64,000 bases of DNA from a virus. Its lineage: Duplodnaviria; Caudoviricetes. Numbering within the stretch: the stretch's first letter is position 1; each line of letters begins with the position of its first letter. The position numbers and the translations under genes were made by a program. The notes below the pieces were generated by a model. It saw nothing but the letters and a program-made list of their open reading frames with translations. It did not search any database and had not been told where the DNA came from. Shown here piece after piece: positions 28,809 to 38,253 of the stretch. Location of the stretch: the IMG/VR virus record IMGVR_UViG_3300021964_009400. One strand, written 5' to 3'.

Positions 28809-30257
28809 ATGGCAGATTTAATAGCAAAACAAGAAGAGAAAAAAAGAAAAATTAATATTGATGATGATAGTCCATTTTATGTGGATATTAGAACATCATT
28901 AAATGACCAAGGACCTGGGTTTTGTTTAGCAAAGTGGACACAAGTTACAATGCATTTACAATTAGGTCATACTCATTCTTGTCATCACCCTAAAACACAT
29001 CAAGTTCCTTTAAGAGAATTAAAAAGAAATCCAACTGCTCTTCACAATACAATGTACAAGAAAAGAAGAAGAAAAGAAATGTTGGAAGGACAAAGACCAG
29101 ATGAATGTGATTATTGTTGGAATGTAGAAGATAGTTCAAATAGATTTTCAGATAGAACTTTTAAATCTGCAGAGAACTGGTCATATCCTTATATGGATGA
29201 AATTAAATCATTGGGTTGGAGAGATGATTATAATCCAAAGTATGTTGAGGTTTCATTTTCAAATGCATGTAATTTTAAATGTTCTTATTGTGGACCAGCA
29301 TTTTCTACAAAATGGATGGAAGAAGCTGAAAAATTCGGAGCATATCCAACAACAGATGCTTTTAATGATTTAACTTATTTAAAAGACGAAGGTAAAATGC
29401 CAATGCCAGTAACCCAAGTAAATCCATATGTAGATGCATTTTGGAAATGGTGGCCGGATTTATATAAAGATTTACATACTTTTAGAATTACAGGTGGTGA
29501 ACCTTTAATGTCACAAGATACTTGGAAAGTTTTAGATTATATAATAGAACATCCAAATCCAAACAGAGAACTCAACCTTGCGATTAATTCAAATCTAGGA
29601 GTACCTGATAAATTAATTGATAAGTTTATTGATAAAGTTTCTAGAATATGTGATGAGAATAGAGTAAAAGAATTTGTAATATTTACATCAGTTGATAGTT
29701 GGGGTAAACAAGCAGAATATATTAGAAATGGTTTAGAATTTAATAGATTTTGGGACAACTGTCATAAAGTTTTGCAAAAATGTCCAAAGGTTATTTTAAC
29801 TTACATGGTTACATATAATGCATTATCAGTTCCAAACTATCATAAACTTATTAGAGGTGTTTATGACCTAAAAACTACTTATGGTTCTGATGATAGATAT
29901 TGGAATTCAGCAACCTTTTTAGATACATCTTATTTAAGACACCCAACACACCAAACAGTTCAAGTTTTAGAACCACATTGGGCGGATAAAATTTATCAAG
30001 ATGCTCAATTGGTTGATTTTTTAGGAGTTCCATTATTTGAAAAAGAATATATTGGTTATTCTGATGTAGAAATACAAAAACTTAAAAGAACATACGATTG
30101 GATGAAATCACCAATTGATGAAAAAAGATTACAAACTCAAAGAAGAAATTTTGGATATTATTTTAGAGCACATGATGAAAGACGAGGAACTGATTTCTGT
30201 GCAACCTTTCCTGAATTAGAAGAATTTTATAGAAAATGTTTAGAAATTAAGATATGA
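28809..30257 (+). CDS. Radical SAM protein with twitch/SPASM-like Cys cluster
   Basis: CNFKCSYC; ITGGEPL; N-terminal C..HSCHH..CDYC. Confidence 0.8.
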   Translation: MADLIAKQEEKKRKINIDDDSPFYVDIRTSLNDQGPGFCLAKWTQVTMHLQLGHTHSCHHPKTHQVPLRELKRNPTALHNTMYKKRRRKEMLEGQRPDECDYCWNVEDSSNRFSDRTFKSAENWSYPYMDEIKSLGWRDDYNPKYVEVSFSNACNFKCSYCGPAFSTKWMEEAEKFGAYPTTDAFNDLTYLKDEGKMPMPVTQVNPYVDAFWKWWPDLYKDLHTFRITGGEPLMSQDTWKVLDYIIEHPNPNRELNLAINSNLGVPDKLIDKFIDKVSRICDENRVKEFVIFTSVDSWGKQAEYIRNGLEFNRFWDNCHKVLQKCPKVILTYMVTYNALSVPNYHKLIRGVYDLKTTYGSDDRYWNSATFLDTSYLRHPTHQTVQVLEPHWADKIYQDAQLVDFLGVPLFEKEYIGYSDVEIQKLKRTYDWMKSPIDEKRLQTQRRNFGYYFRAHDERRGTDFCATFPELEEFYRKCLEIKI

Positions 30258-30988
30258 TAGAACTTAAAGGAGATAATGCTTTTTTTATTCCACCAAAAAA
30301 TAGATATGGATTATCTAAAAAAGAAACTTTCGATTTAACAGAAAAAGATTTTTCTATTTGTGTTAAAGTAAAAATTGATTGGGATTCAATGATACCAGGT
30401 ACTCCAACACATGAGGGTGGTATTGTTGCAAAAAATGGTAGACATTGTGGATTGAGTGCACTAAAATTAAATGAAAATCAATGTTATATAAAAGCACAAT
30501 TTTGGACATGGGTAAGTAGAGAAGTTGGTGTTGAATTTCATGATACATGGATTGATATTAAAGAAAAAAAAGATTGGATGTCAATCGCAATGATTCACGA
30601 AAAAAATAAAAAAATAATCACTTGTTATGTTGACGGTGAAGTATCAAAAATATCATATACAGGTGAAATTATAGATTACAGAGATTCTTGGATTTGGGTT
30701 GGTTGTAATAACTCACTTGATAGTTGTGCACCGGAACATAGAGGATTTATGAAAGGTAGTATTAAACATATATCAATTTTTGAATCTGCGTTATCACTAG
30801 AATCCATTGAAGAAACTTTTAAAATACAAAATACAGATGATGTAGATTTTGAAAAAAACCCTTGTGGTATTTATTCTTTTAATCCAGAATGGCAAACTCC
30901 ATATAAAATTATGGATATTACTCACAATGGTAATTCAATGATTTTATTTGATAAAAAATGGATGGCAGAAGAAACAAAATTAATGTAG
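30254..30988 (+). CDS. Stand-alone LamG/concanavalin-A-like lectin-domain protein
   Basis: FSICVKVK...WMSIAM..CYVDG..IWVG..FMKGSIKHISIFESAL. Confidence 0.65.
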   Translation: MIELKGDNAFFIPPKNRYGLSKKETFDLTEKDFSICVKVKIDWDSMIPGTPTHEGGIVAKNGRHCGLSALKLNENQCYIKAQFWTWVSREVGVEFHDTWIDIKEKKDWMSIAMIHEKNKKIITCYVDGEVSKISYTGEIIDYRDSWIWVGCNNSLDSCAPEHRGFMKGSIKHISIFESALSLESIEETFKIQNTDDVDFEKNPCGIYSFNPEWQTPYKIMDITHNGNSMILFDKKWMAEETKLM

Positions 30989-30993
30989 TTTAA

Positions 30994-32418
30994 ATGAAAA
31001 AACATATTCACTTTGTATATGATTTTAAATTTCCAAATGGGTATCTACAATTTGGATATGATAAAAGTACCATAAGAAATAACTTTTTTCATCAACTTGA
31101 AAGTGATTTAATAGAATCTATTATTTTACCAAATCCACATAATCCATCTGTTCTAACAGAACAAAGTGGTATGTTTGCTGATGAATATATTAGTACAAAT
31201 GTAAATTGGAATAAATTAGGAGTTAATCAAATTCAAGATGTACTCGATAGAAAACATTATAATAATACACAAAATTATTTTATAATTTGTTTAGAGGCAA
31301 CAAATAATTCATCGTTCTTTGAATATTATTCAAATCCAAATATTAATTTTGATAATTTATTTTCTCCAAAACTTTTAGATTTTTTTAAAAAAAGACAAGA
31401 ATTTAAATTGGTATTACTTGATAATAGAGAAGGAAGTTACTATCATGACCCGGCATTGTTTACAAAAATAAGTAAATGGTTGGATAAGAATAATATAGTA
31501 GGTAAAAATAAAGTTATTGTTTCTACTTGTAATGAAAAAATAAATGATATACCTATAAAGGATAACAGAATCAAAACTTACAATAATGATTATTATTTAT
31601 ATTATTCAGGTAAATTTATAGTAGAATGTGAAGAACGAAATAATCTAATTACAGAAGATGGTAAAGATTATCAGTATTCATTACAAGATAAAATAAAATT
31701 TAATAAAAGAGAAAAGTATTTTTTAAATTATAATAGAAACTCTGGTAGATTTCATAGACCATTTTTAATAAATAAATTATATAATAAAAATATTTTAGAT
31801 AAAGGTATAGTATCATTACTCAAAACTAATGAATTTGATAGTATCATTAATGATATAAAAAATAATTTAAAAGATTATAATCCAGATTTTGGTTTAGATT
31901 TACAAAATGAAGATTATAAAACGATATATTTAAATCACAAAAATTGGTATCCATTGGTAATTGATAATGAGAATGAAGAAGAAGTGGCATGGTACCATAA
32001 TTTTTTAAGTAGAAAAGATGAATACGAAAAAACATATTTTTCAATAGTTTCTGAGACAAATGCAGAAGATATATATTTATTTATAACAGAAAAAACTTTA
32101 AAACCAATAATGAATTTGCATCCATTTTTAATAAATGGTAATCCATATACATTAAGACACTTAAAAAGTTTAGGGTTTCAAACATTTGAAAAATGGTGGG
32201 ATGAGAGTTATGATACTGAAACTAATTTTAAAAAAAGAATTTTATTATTAGTAGAACAAATAAATATTCTCTGTAATAAAACACATGAAGAATGGATAAA
32301 AATGTTAGAAGAAATGCAACCAATTTTGCATTATAATAAAAATCTTCTAAAACAAAAATATACAAGTAAAAAATTTGAAGATAATTTCTTAAAACAATTT
32401 CAAATTGAGTTATTATAA
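30994..32418 (+). CDS. Putative glycosyltransferase (GT10-like, paralogue 2)
   Basis: FLNYNR..HR; YFSIVSET..FITEKTLKPIMNLHPF..LGFQTF..WDESYD. Confidence 0.5.
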   Translation: MKKHIHFVYDFKFPNGYLQFGYDKSTIRNNFFHQLESDLIESIILPNPHNPSVLTEQSGMFADEYISTNVNWNKLGVNQIQDVLDRKHYNNTQNYFIICLEATNNSSFFEYYSNPNINFDNLFSPKLLDFFKKRQEFKLVLLDNREGSYYHDPALFTKISKWLDKNNIVGKNKVIVSTCNEKINDIPIKDNRIKTYNNDYYLYYSGKFIVECEERNNLITEDGKDYQYSLQDKIKFNKREKYFLNYNRNSGRFHRPFLINKLYNKNILDKGIVSLLKTNEFDSIINDIKNNLKDYNPDFGLDLQNEDYKTIYLNHKNWYPLVIDNENEEEVAWYHNFLSRKDEYEKTYFSIVSETNAEDIYLFITEKTLKPIMNLHPFLINGNPYTLRHLKSLGFQTFEKWWDESYDTETNFKKRILLLVEQINILCNKTHEEWIKMLEEMQPILHYNKNLLKQKYTSKKFEDNFLKQFQIELL

Positions 32419-32427
32419 AAAAAAGTT

Positions 32428-33393
32428 ATGAAAATATTAATTACAGGTGGTTCTGGTTATTTAGGTTCAGTTATTACAGAAAAATTACTAAACAAAAACT
32501 ATAAAGTTACTGTTTTGGATAATTTGATGTATAATCAAACCTCATCAATTATTTTTGCACACAATCCTAATTTTGATTTTATATATGGGGATGTTAGAGA
32601 TAAATCACTACTTAAATCTTTAGTAAATGATTTCGATGTAATTATTCCTCTAGCAGCAATAGTAGGATTTCCAGCTTGTGATAAAGATAAAGATTTAGCA
32701 ACTGCAATTAATTATGAACACGTCCGCTACATTTGTGAGTTAGTAAAAGATTCTGATATACGAATAGTTTACCCAAATACAAATAGTGGATATGGGATAG
32801 GAGAGAATGGAGAGTGTACTGAAGAAAGCCCACTTAATCCAATATCACATTATGGGGTAACAAAAGTCAAAGCAGAGAGTGAGGTTTTGAGTATTGGTGG
32901 AATATCTGTAAGATTAGCAACAGTATTTGGCTCTTCCCCAAGAATGAGAATGGATTTATTGGTAAACGAATTTGTTTACAAGGCATTAACAGATAAATAC
33001 ATTACAATCTTTGAAAAGAATTTTGTAAGAAATTACATACACATTAGAGATGTTGCAAATGTATTTTTGTTTATGATTGAAAATTATGAAACTCATAGTG
33101 GGGAGGTTTTCAATGTAGGTTTATCAGATGCTAATTTATCTAAACAACAATTAGTAGAAAAAATACAAGAATATGTACCAGATTTTGCAATCACATATTC
33201 TGATTATTATGAGGATCCTGATAAAAGAGATTATATAGTTTCTAATGATAAAATTGAATCAACAGGTTGGAAGCCTGAATTTTCATTAGATACTGGTATT
33301 GAAGAATTAATTAAAACATATACCATTCTTATACAAGATTTAAGTTCAAAGTATAGAAATGGGTTTCCATTAGGTTATGGCAAAAGGACATAG
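32428..33393 (+). CDS. NAD-dependent sugar epimerase/dehydratase (extended SDR)
   Basis: ITGGSGYLG; YGVTK (YxxxK); RLATVFG; HIRD. Confidence 0.9.
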   Translation: MKILITGGSGYLGSVITEKLLNKNYKVTVLDNLMYNQTSSIIFAHNPNFDFIYGDVRDKSLLKSLVNDFDVIIPLAAIVGFPACDKDKDLATAINYEHVRYICELVKDSDIRIVYPNTNSGYGIGENGECTEESPLNPISHYGVTKVKAESEVLSIGGISVRLATVFGSSPRMRMDLLVNEFVYKALTDKYITIFEKNFVRNYIHIRDVANVFLFMIENYETHSGEVFNVGLSDANLSKQQLVEKIQEYVPDFAITYSDYYEDPDKRDYIVSNDKIESTGWKPEFSLDTGIEELIKTYTILIQDLSSKYRNGFPLGYGKRT

Positions 33394-33961
33394 TATATTT
33401 TATAAACAAAGAGACTGGGATGATTTTCATTTCTATCATGGTTCTAAGTTAAATGAAGTAAAGGTTATACAACCCTCGGTTTATTATGAACAAAGAGGTT
33501 CTATATCTACAACTTATCATACAGATTATTACGATAGAATCTTGCCTGCTGAGGAAAGGACTAAGGGATTAAAATTTAAACATGATAGATTTTCTAAATC
33601 TAAACAAAATGTACTCAGAGGATTACACTATGATGATAAAACATGGAAGTTAGTAAGTTGTTTACATGGTAAAATTTATTTAGTAGTTTTAGATTTAAGA
33701 CAAAAACAAGATAACTATGGAAAATGGGAATCTTTTATTCTTTCACCAGAAACAACAACACAGGTATTAATACCACCAATGTTTGCTAATGGACATTATG
33801 TATATGAAGATGATTCAATTTTTTATTATAAAATGGCATATCATGGTGAATACAATGATGAAAATAAACAACAAACAATTAAATGGGATAGTAAAAAGTT
33901 TAACATAGAATGGCCTTGTACAAATCCTATAATTTCAAAAAGAGATGCAAATGGAAATTAA
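33377..33961 (+). CDS. rmlC: dTDP-4-dehydrorhamnose 3,5-epimerase-like
   Basis: RG, SKSKQNVLRGLHY, KLVSCLHGKIYLVVLDLR, IPPMFANGH. Confidence 0.85.
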   Translation: MAKGHSIFYKQRDWDDFHFYHGSKLNEVKVIQPSVYYEQRGSISTTYHTDYYDRILPAEERTKGLKFKHDRFSKSKQNVLRGLHYDDKTWKLVSCLHGKIYLVVLDLRQKQDNYGKWESFILSPETTTQVLIPPMFANGHYVYEDDSIFYYKMAYHGEYNDENKQQTIKWDSKKFNIEWPCTNPIISKRDANGN

Positions 33962-34589
33962 AAATTTAGATTATCACGAAAATCGATGGGTTGATGGAAA
34001 CTATTCAAAAGAAGAATTAATTGCTTTTGAAGATGATATTATAACACATTGGGAAGGTGGAGATATTAGAGGACCAATTCATTTATCTAATGGAAACGAA
34101 AAACAACTTATAGAAATATTTAAAAAAATTGGAATAAGTGATTGGGTATTTTCAACTTGGAGGTCACATTATCATGCTTTATTACATGGAGTAGACCCAA
34201 AGTATTTAAAACAAAAGATTTTAGAAGGTAAATCAATAACTATTATAGATAAATCATCTAATTTTTATTCTTCGGCAATAGTAACTGGTATTTTACCAAT
34301 TGCATTGGGAGTTGCAAAAGGTTTAAAAGAAAAAGGAAGTGATGAAAAGGTTTGGTGTTTCATTGGTGATATGACTTTTGAAACTGGTATCTTTTACGAG
34401 GTACACAAATATGCAAGAAACTTTGATTTACCAATTTATTTTGTAGTGGAGGATAACGAAGTATCAACAAACACACCTACTGGTGCAACTTGGAATAATA
34501 TTCAGAGAGAAATACCAGAAGATGTAATATATTACAAATATAAATCAAAATATCCCCATTATGGGACAGGAAAATGGGTAGTATTTTAA
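33945..34589 (+). CDS. Short ThDP-dependent dehydrogenase E1 alpha-like subunit
   Basis: GPIHLSNGNE, STWRSHYHAL, GDMT..GIFYE..N..VVEDN (GDx..N ThDP motif variant); 212-214 aa. Confidence 0.8.
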   Translation: MQMEIKNLDYHENRWVDGNYSKEELIAFEDDIITHWEGGDIRGPIHLSNGNEKQLIEIFKKIGISDWVFSTWRSHYHALLHGVDPKYLKQKILEGKSITIIDKSSNFYSSAIVTGILPIALGVAKGLKEKGSDEKVWCFIGDMTFETGIFYEVHKYARNFDLPIYFVVEDNEVSTNTPTGATWNNIQREIPEDVIYYKYKSKYPHYGTGKWVVF

Positions 34590-35761
34590 ATTTTGTTTCT
34601 TTATTTGGAGAGGACGATAGACCAGATTGGGTTATAAGAGGTCCTCTAACTGATTATCTTGAAAATAATTACAAACATACAATTGGAATTGATTTCGATA
34701 ATAGTTTAAACAATATTATTGTATTAGAAACAGTAGAACATTTTAAAGGTTGTTTCCAAAATCTTCGAACCAAGTTTTCAGGCACATCATTAGTTGAAAT
34801 ATTAAAAAACAATGATATAAAAATAATATTTGGGTCAATTGCAGACCCTTCCAGTCGTATTGATAAAAACAAATTAATGAATCAAATCGAACTATTAAAT
34901 TTAACAGATAAAGTTTACTATTTAGATAGTGTTATAAATCATCAAGAAGATAAAAATACTTTTTGTTATCATCATTTTTTAGAAGAACCTGGTATTCATT
35001 ATGAAAACTTTGGAAACTATAATTTTTTTGAAGAAATTAATGATTTAGGTTATAAAAGTAAAGATATAGATGAAACTGAAATAGATACATTTAGAGAAAA
35101 AAAGTTTTTATCATTTAACAGAACCGTAGATAAAGATAATCGATTAAGTTTATATCACACTTATTTAGAAAACGATTTTTCAGATTCATATTTTAGTTTC
35201 TTAAATATGTCAAGTGATTATAATGATGATATGGACGGTTGTAATTTTTTTACAAGTACACCAAAATTGAGTTATAGTAGTTATAAAGATAAATTGCCAA
35301 TTGAACTTGATACAAAAGATATTGATGTAAATTTGTGTAATTTTAAAACAAGTAATACATTTAAAAAAAAATTATTTTTAAATTCTTGTATTAACATCGT
35401 AACAGAAACATCATTTAGCACTAATAGTATTTTTATATCAGAAAAAATTATAAAACCAATTTTATGTTTTCAACCCTTTTTAGTTTTAGGACCACAGTAC
35501 TATCTTAAAGAATTAAAAAAATTGGGTTACAAAACTTTCTCTGAATTTTGGGATGAAAGTTATGATGAAATAAAGAGTGGTGCACAAAGATATTTTGCAA
35601 TAGAAAAAATAATATTAGAATTAAATAATAAAACAATTGAAGAAATAAATGAACTTTATCAGAAAACTAAAAATATATGTATATATAATAGGAAAGTATT
35701 TGATAATTTTAGACAAAATTCAATTCCACAAATAATAAAACAAATAGAAAATGAAGGATAA
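34574..35761 (+). CDS. Putative glycosyltransferase (GT10-like, paralogue 3)
   Basis: FLSFNR; INIVTET..FISEKIIKPILCFQPF..LGYKTFSEFWDESYD. Confidence 0.5.
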   Translation: MGSILNFVSLFGEDDRPDWVIRGPLTDYLENNYKHTIGIDFDNSLNNIIVLETVEHFKGCFQNLRTKFSGTSLVEILKNNDIKIIFGSIADPSSRIDKNKLMNQIELLNLTDKVYYLDSVINHQEDKNTFCYHHFLEEPGIHYENFGNYNFFEEINDLGYKSKDIDETEIDTFREKKFLSFNRTVDKDNRLSLYHTYLENDFSDSYFSFLNMSSDYNDDMDGCNFFTSTPKLSYSSYKDKLPIELDTKDIDVNLCNFKTSNTFKKKLFLNSCINIVTETSFSTNSIFISEKIIKPILCFQPFLVLGPQYYLKELKKLGYKTFSEFWDESYDEIKSGAQRYFAIEKIILELNNKTIEEINELYQKTKNICIYNRKVFDNFRQNSIPQIIKQIENEG

Positions 35762-36716
35762 AAAGGTTTTGATAACAGGTGCCAATGGATTGGTTGGTAA
35801 CTATATGGTTCAAAAATGTATCGATAAAGGTGCATTTGTTACTGCGGTTGATATTAAACAACCAGACAATCAAATTCAAAAATATAAAGATGAAAACTAT
35901 CAATTCATCAAGGCAGATTTAAGAGAGTTCTCTTCTTGTAAAAGAGTTGTAGAAGGTCAAGATATCATATTTCATATTGCAGGTGTTAAAGGTTCTCCTA
36001 AGAGGGCTATGGAACAACCCGCTGATTACTTTGTACCGATGTTACAATTCAATACTAATATGATGGAGGCGGCTCGATTGGAAGATGTTGAATGGTATGT
36101 TTACACATCAACAGTTGGAGTTTATCAACCAGCTGAAGTATTTTACGAAGATGATGTATGGAAAACCTTCCCATCAGAAAAAGATAAGTATGCTGGATGG
36201 GCAAAGAGATTAGGTGAATTACAAGCTGAAGTTTATTCTGTATCATTCGATTGGAACAAAGCATCAGTTGTAAGACCAGCAAACATTTATGGTAGACACG
36301 ATAACTTCGGACCAGAATCAACAGTAATCGCATCACTTATCAAAAGATTATTTGGTGAAAAAGAACATCCACTAATTTGTTGGGGAGATGGTTCACCAAT
36401 TAGAGATTTTATTTACGCTGGTGATGTTGCTGATGGAATCATAAAAGCATATGAACAAAAATTAACACAACCAATCAACTTAGGTAGTGGTACTGGTGTT
36501 ACCATTAGAGAACTTGCTGAAACTCTTGTAGATATCTACGAAGAAATGTATGGAGTTAAAGTTGGTATCGAATGGGATAGTACAAAACCAAATGGAGATG
36601 CAAAAAGATTAATGAGCACAGAAAGAGCTGAATCTTTCGGAGTTATTCAACAGGTATCTCTTAGAGAAGGATTAAAAGAAACAATAGATTATTATTTAAA
36701 CGAATTTACAAAATGA
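35751..36716 (+). CDS. NAD-dependent epimerase/reductase (GDP-fucose-synthase-like)
   Basis: ITGANGLVG; YAGWAK; RPANIYG; WGDGSPIRDFIY. Confidence 0.85.
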   Translation: MKDKKVLITGANGLVGNYMVQKCIDKGAFVTAVDIKQPDNQIQKYKDENYQFIKADLREFSSCKRVVEGQDIIFHIAGVKGSPKRAMEQPADYFVPMLQFNTNMMEAARLEDVEWYVYTSTVGVYQPAEVFYEDDVWKTFPSEKDKYAGWAKRLGELQAEVYSVSFDWNKASVVRPANIYGRHDNFGPESTVIASLIKRLFGEKEHPLICWGDGSPIRDFIYAGDVADGIIKAYEQKLTQPINLGSGTGVTIRELAETLVDIYEEMYGVKVGIEWDSTKPNGDAKRLMSTERAESFGVIQQVSLREGLKETIDYYLNEFTK

Positions 36717-37705
36717 AAAAAACAGACAAAATTTTAGTTACAGGCGCAAGTGGATTTATAGGTTCACGATTAATTAAGATGTTATACGAATTAGGTTACA
36801 CTAACTTAAGAGCAACATCTTGGAGTAGAGATTTAAGAAACGATTTCGAAGGATGTGAAAATATAGAACATATCAAAGGTAATTTACAAGATGCAGATTT
36901 TTGTGAGATTGTATCAAAAGATTGTAATGTTGTAATTCATGCAGCTGCTAATACATCTAATGCATTAGATACACGATTTAATCCTTTACTTCATGTTACA
37001 CCAAATGTAGAGATGAATGTAAACCTTATGGAACAATCATGGAAACATAAAGTAAGAAAATTTATTTTTATATCTTCGAATACAACTTATCCTGATAAAG
37101 GAGATGTTCCTTGTACTGAAGATATGGAAGTACAAACATCTGATATCGTACCAGTTTACAAAGCAGTAGGTTGGATGAAAAGATATTGTGAAACTCTTTG
37201 TGATTTCTTTTCAAACCAAATTCATGACCCAATGCAATGTGTAATCATCAGACCTTCAAATGCATTCGGACCAAACGATAAGTATGATTTTGAAAAATGT
37301 CATGTAACTCCAGCTAATATCAGAAAAGTTGCAGATAACTTAAACCCAATACCAGTTTGGGGTGATGGTACTGAAGTAAGAGATGTTATTCATGTTGATG
37401 ATATGGTAAGTGGATTTATAACAGTTGCTGAAAAAGTTGATACATACGATATTTACAATGTATCTTATGGTGAAGGATATACTGTTATGGAAGTGCTTGA
37501 TAAAATTAAAGAAATCGAAGGAAACACAAACCCAGTCGAATTCGTAAACAACAAGGCACCAATGATACCAGTTAGATTATTAGATAATACAAAATTAAAA
37601 GCACTTGGTTGGAAACCTAAATATGATTTAGAAAGTGGTTTAAGAGATGCACTTTCTTGGTATAAAGAAAACAAAGACCAATTTAATCCTAATTCAAAAC
37701 CATAA
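36713..37705 (+). CDS. NAD-dependent epimerase/reductase (GDP-fucose-synthase-like)
   Basis: VTGASGFIG; VGWMK; RPSNAFGP; WGDGTEVRD. Confidence 0.85.
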   Translation: MKKTDKILVTGASGFIGSRLIKMLYELGYTNLRATSWSRDLRNDFEGCENIEHIKGNLQDADFCEIVSKDCNVVIHAAANTSNALDTRFNPLLHVTPNVEMNVNLMEQSWKHKVRKFIFISSNTTYPDKGDVPCTEDMEVQTSDIVPVYKAVGWMKRYCETLCDFFSNQIHDPMQCVIIRPSNAFGPNDKYDFEKCHVTPANIRKVADNLNPIPVWGDGTEVRDVIHVDDMVSGFITVAEKVDTYDIYNVSYGEGYTVMEVLDKIKEIEGNTNPVEFVNNKAPMIPVRLLDNTKLKALGWKPKYDLESGLRDALSWYKENKDQFNPNSKP

Positions 37706-38253
37706 TGGCAGAACCAAAGTTTACACCTTATTTAGATGCATTAACAGAGGCAATGAAACTTTGTATGGAAGATGATAAAACAATATTCATCGGACAACAG
37801 ATAGTTTATTATGGAAACCCAATGAGTAAAACTATTGAGGGATTGCCAAAAGAAAGAATGATAGAAACACCAGTAATGGAAGAAACCCAAATGGGAATGT
37901 CATTGGGTTTAGCAATGAGTGGATATAGTGTAGTAAGTTTTTATCCAAGATGGGATTTTGTAATTTGTGCAGGAAATCAACTCATAAATCATCTAGATAA
38001 AATTAATGTAATGTCTGATGGTGCATGGAATCCTAATATAATTATTAGAGTTGGTAAAGGTTCTGATACTCCATTAGACCCTGGTCATCAACATAAGGCA
38101 GATTATACAGAAGAATTTAAAACAATTTTAAAACATATAAATGTGATAAAACTTGATTCTCATGAAAAAATACTTCCTGCTTATAAAGATGCACTAAAAA
38201 AAGGTGGTATATGGTTGATGGTTGAATATCCTCAATTATATTATGAAAATTAA
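37705..38253 (+). CDS. Short ThDP-dependent E1 beta/transketolase pyrimidine-binding subunit
   Basis: IETPVMEETQMGMSLGLA; GNQLINHL; GHQH; 182 aa, lacks the C-terminal domain. Confidence 0.8.
   Translation: MAEPKFTPYLDALTEAMKLCMEDDKTIFIGQQIVYYGNPMSKTIEGLPKERMIETPVMEETQMGMSLGLAMSGYSVVSFYPRWDFVICAGNQLINHLDKINVMSDGAWNPNIIIRVGKGSDTPLDPGHQHKADYTEEFKTILKHINVIKLDSHEKILPAYKDALKKGGIWLMVEYPQLYYEN

Noticed and set aside
33945-38253. Auxiliary metabolic pyruvate dehydrogenase/transketolase boosting host central metabolism
   Set aside because: Both subunits are truncated, E2/E3 are absent, and the context is nucleotide-sugar enzymes.
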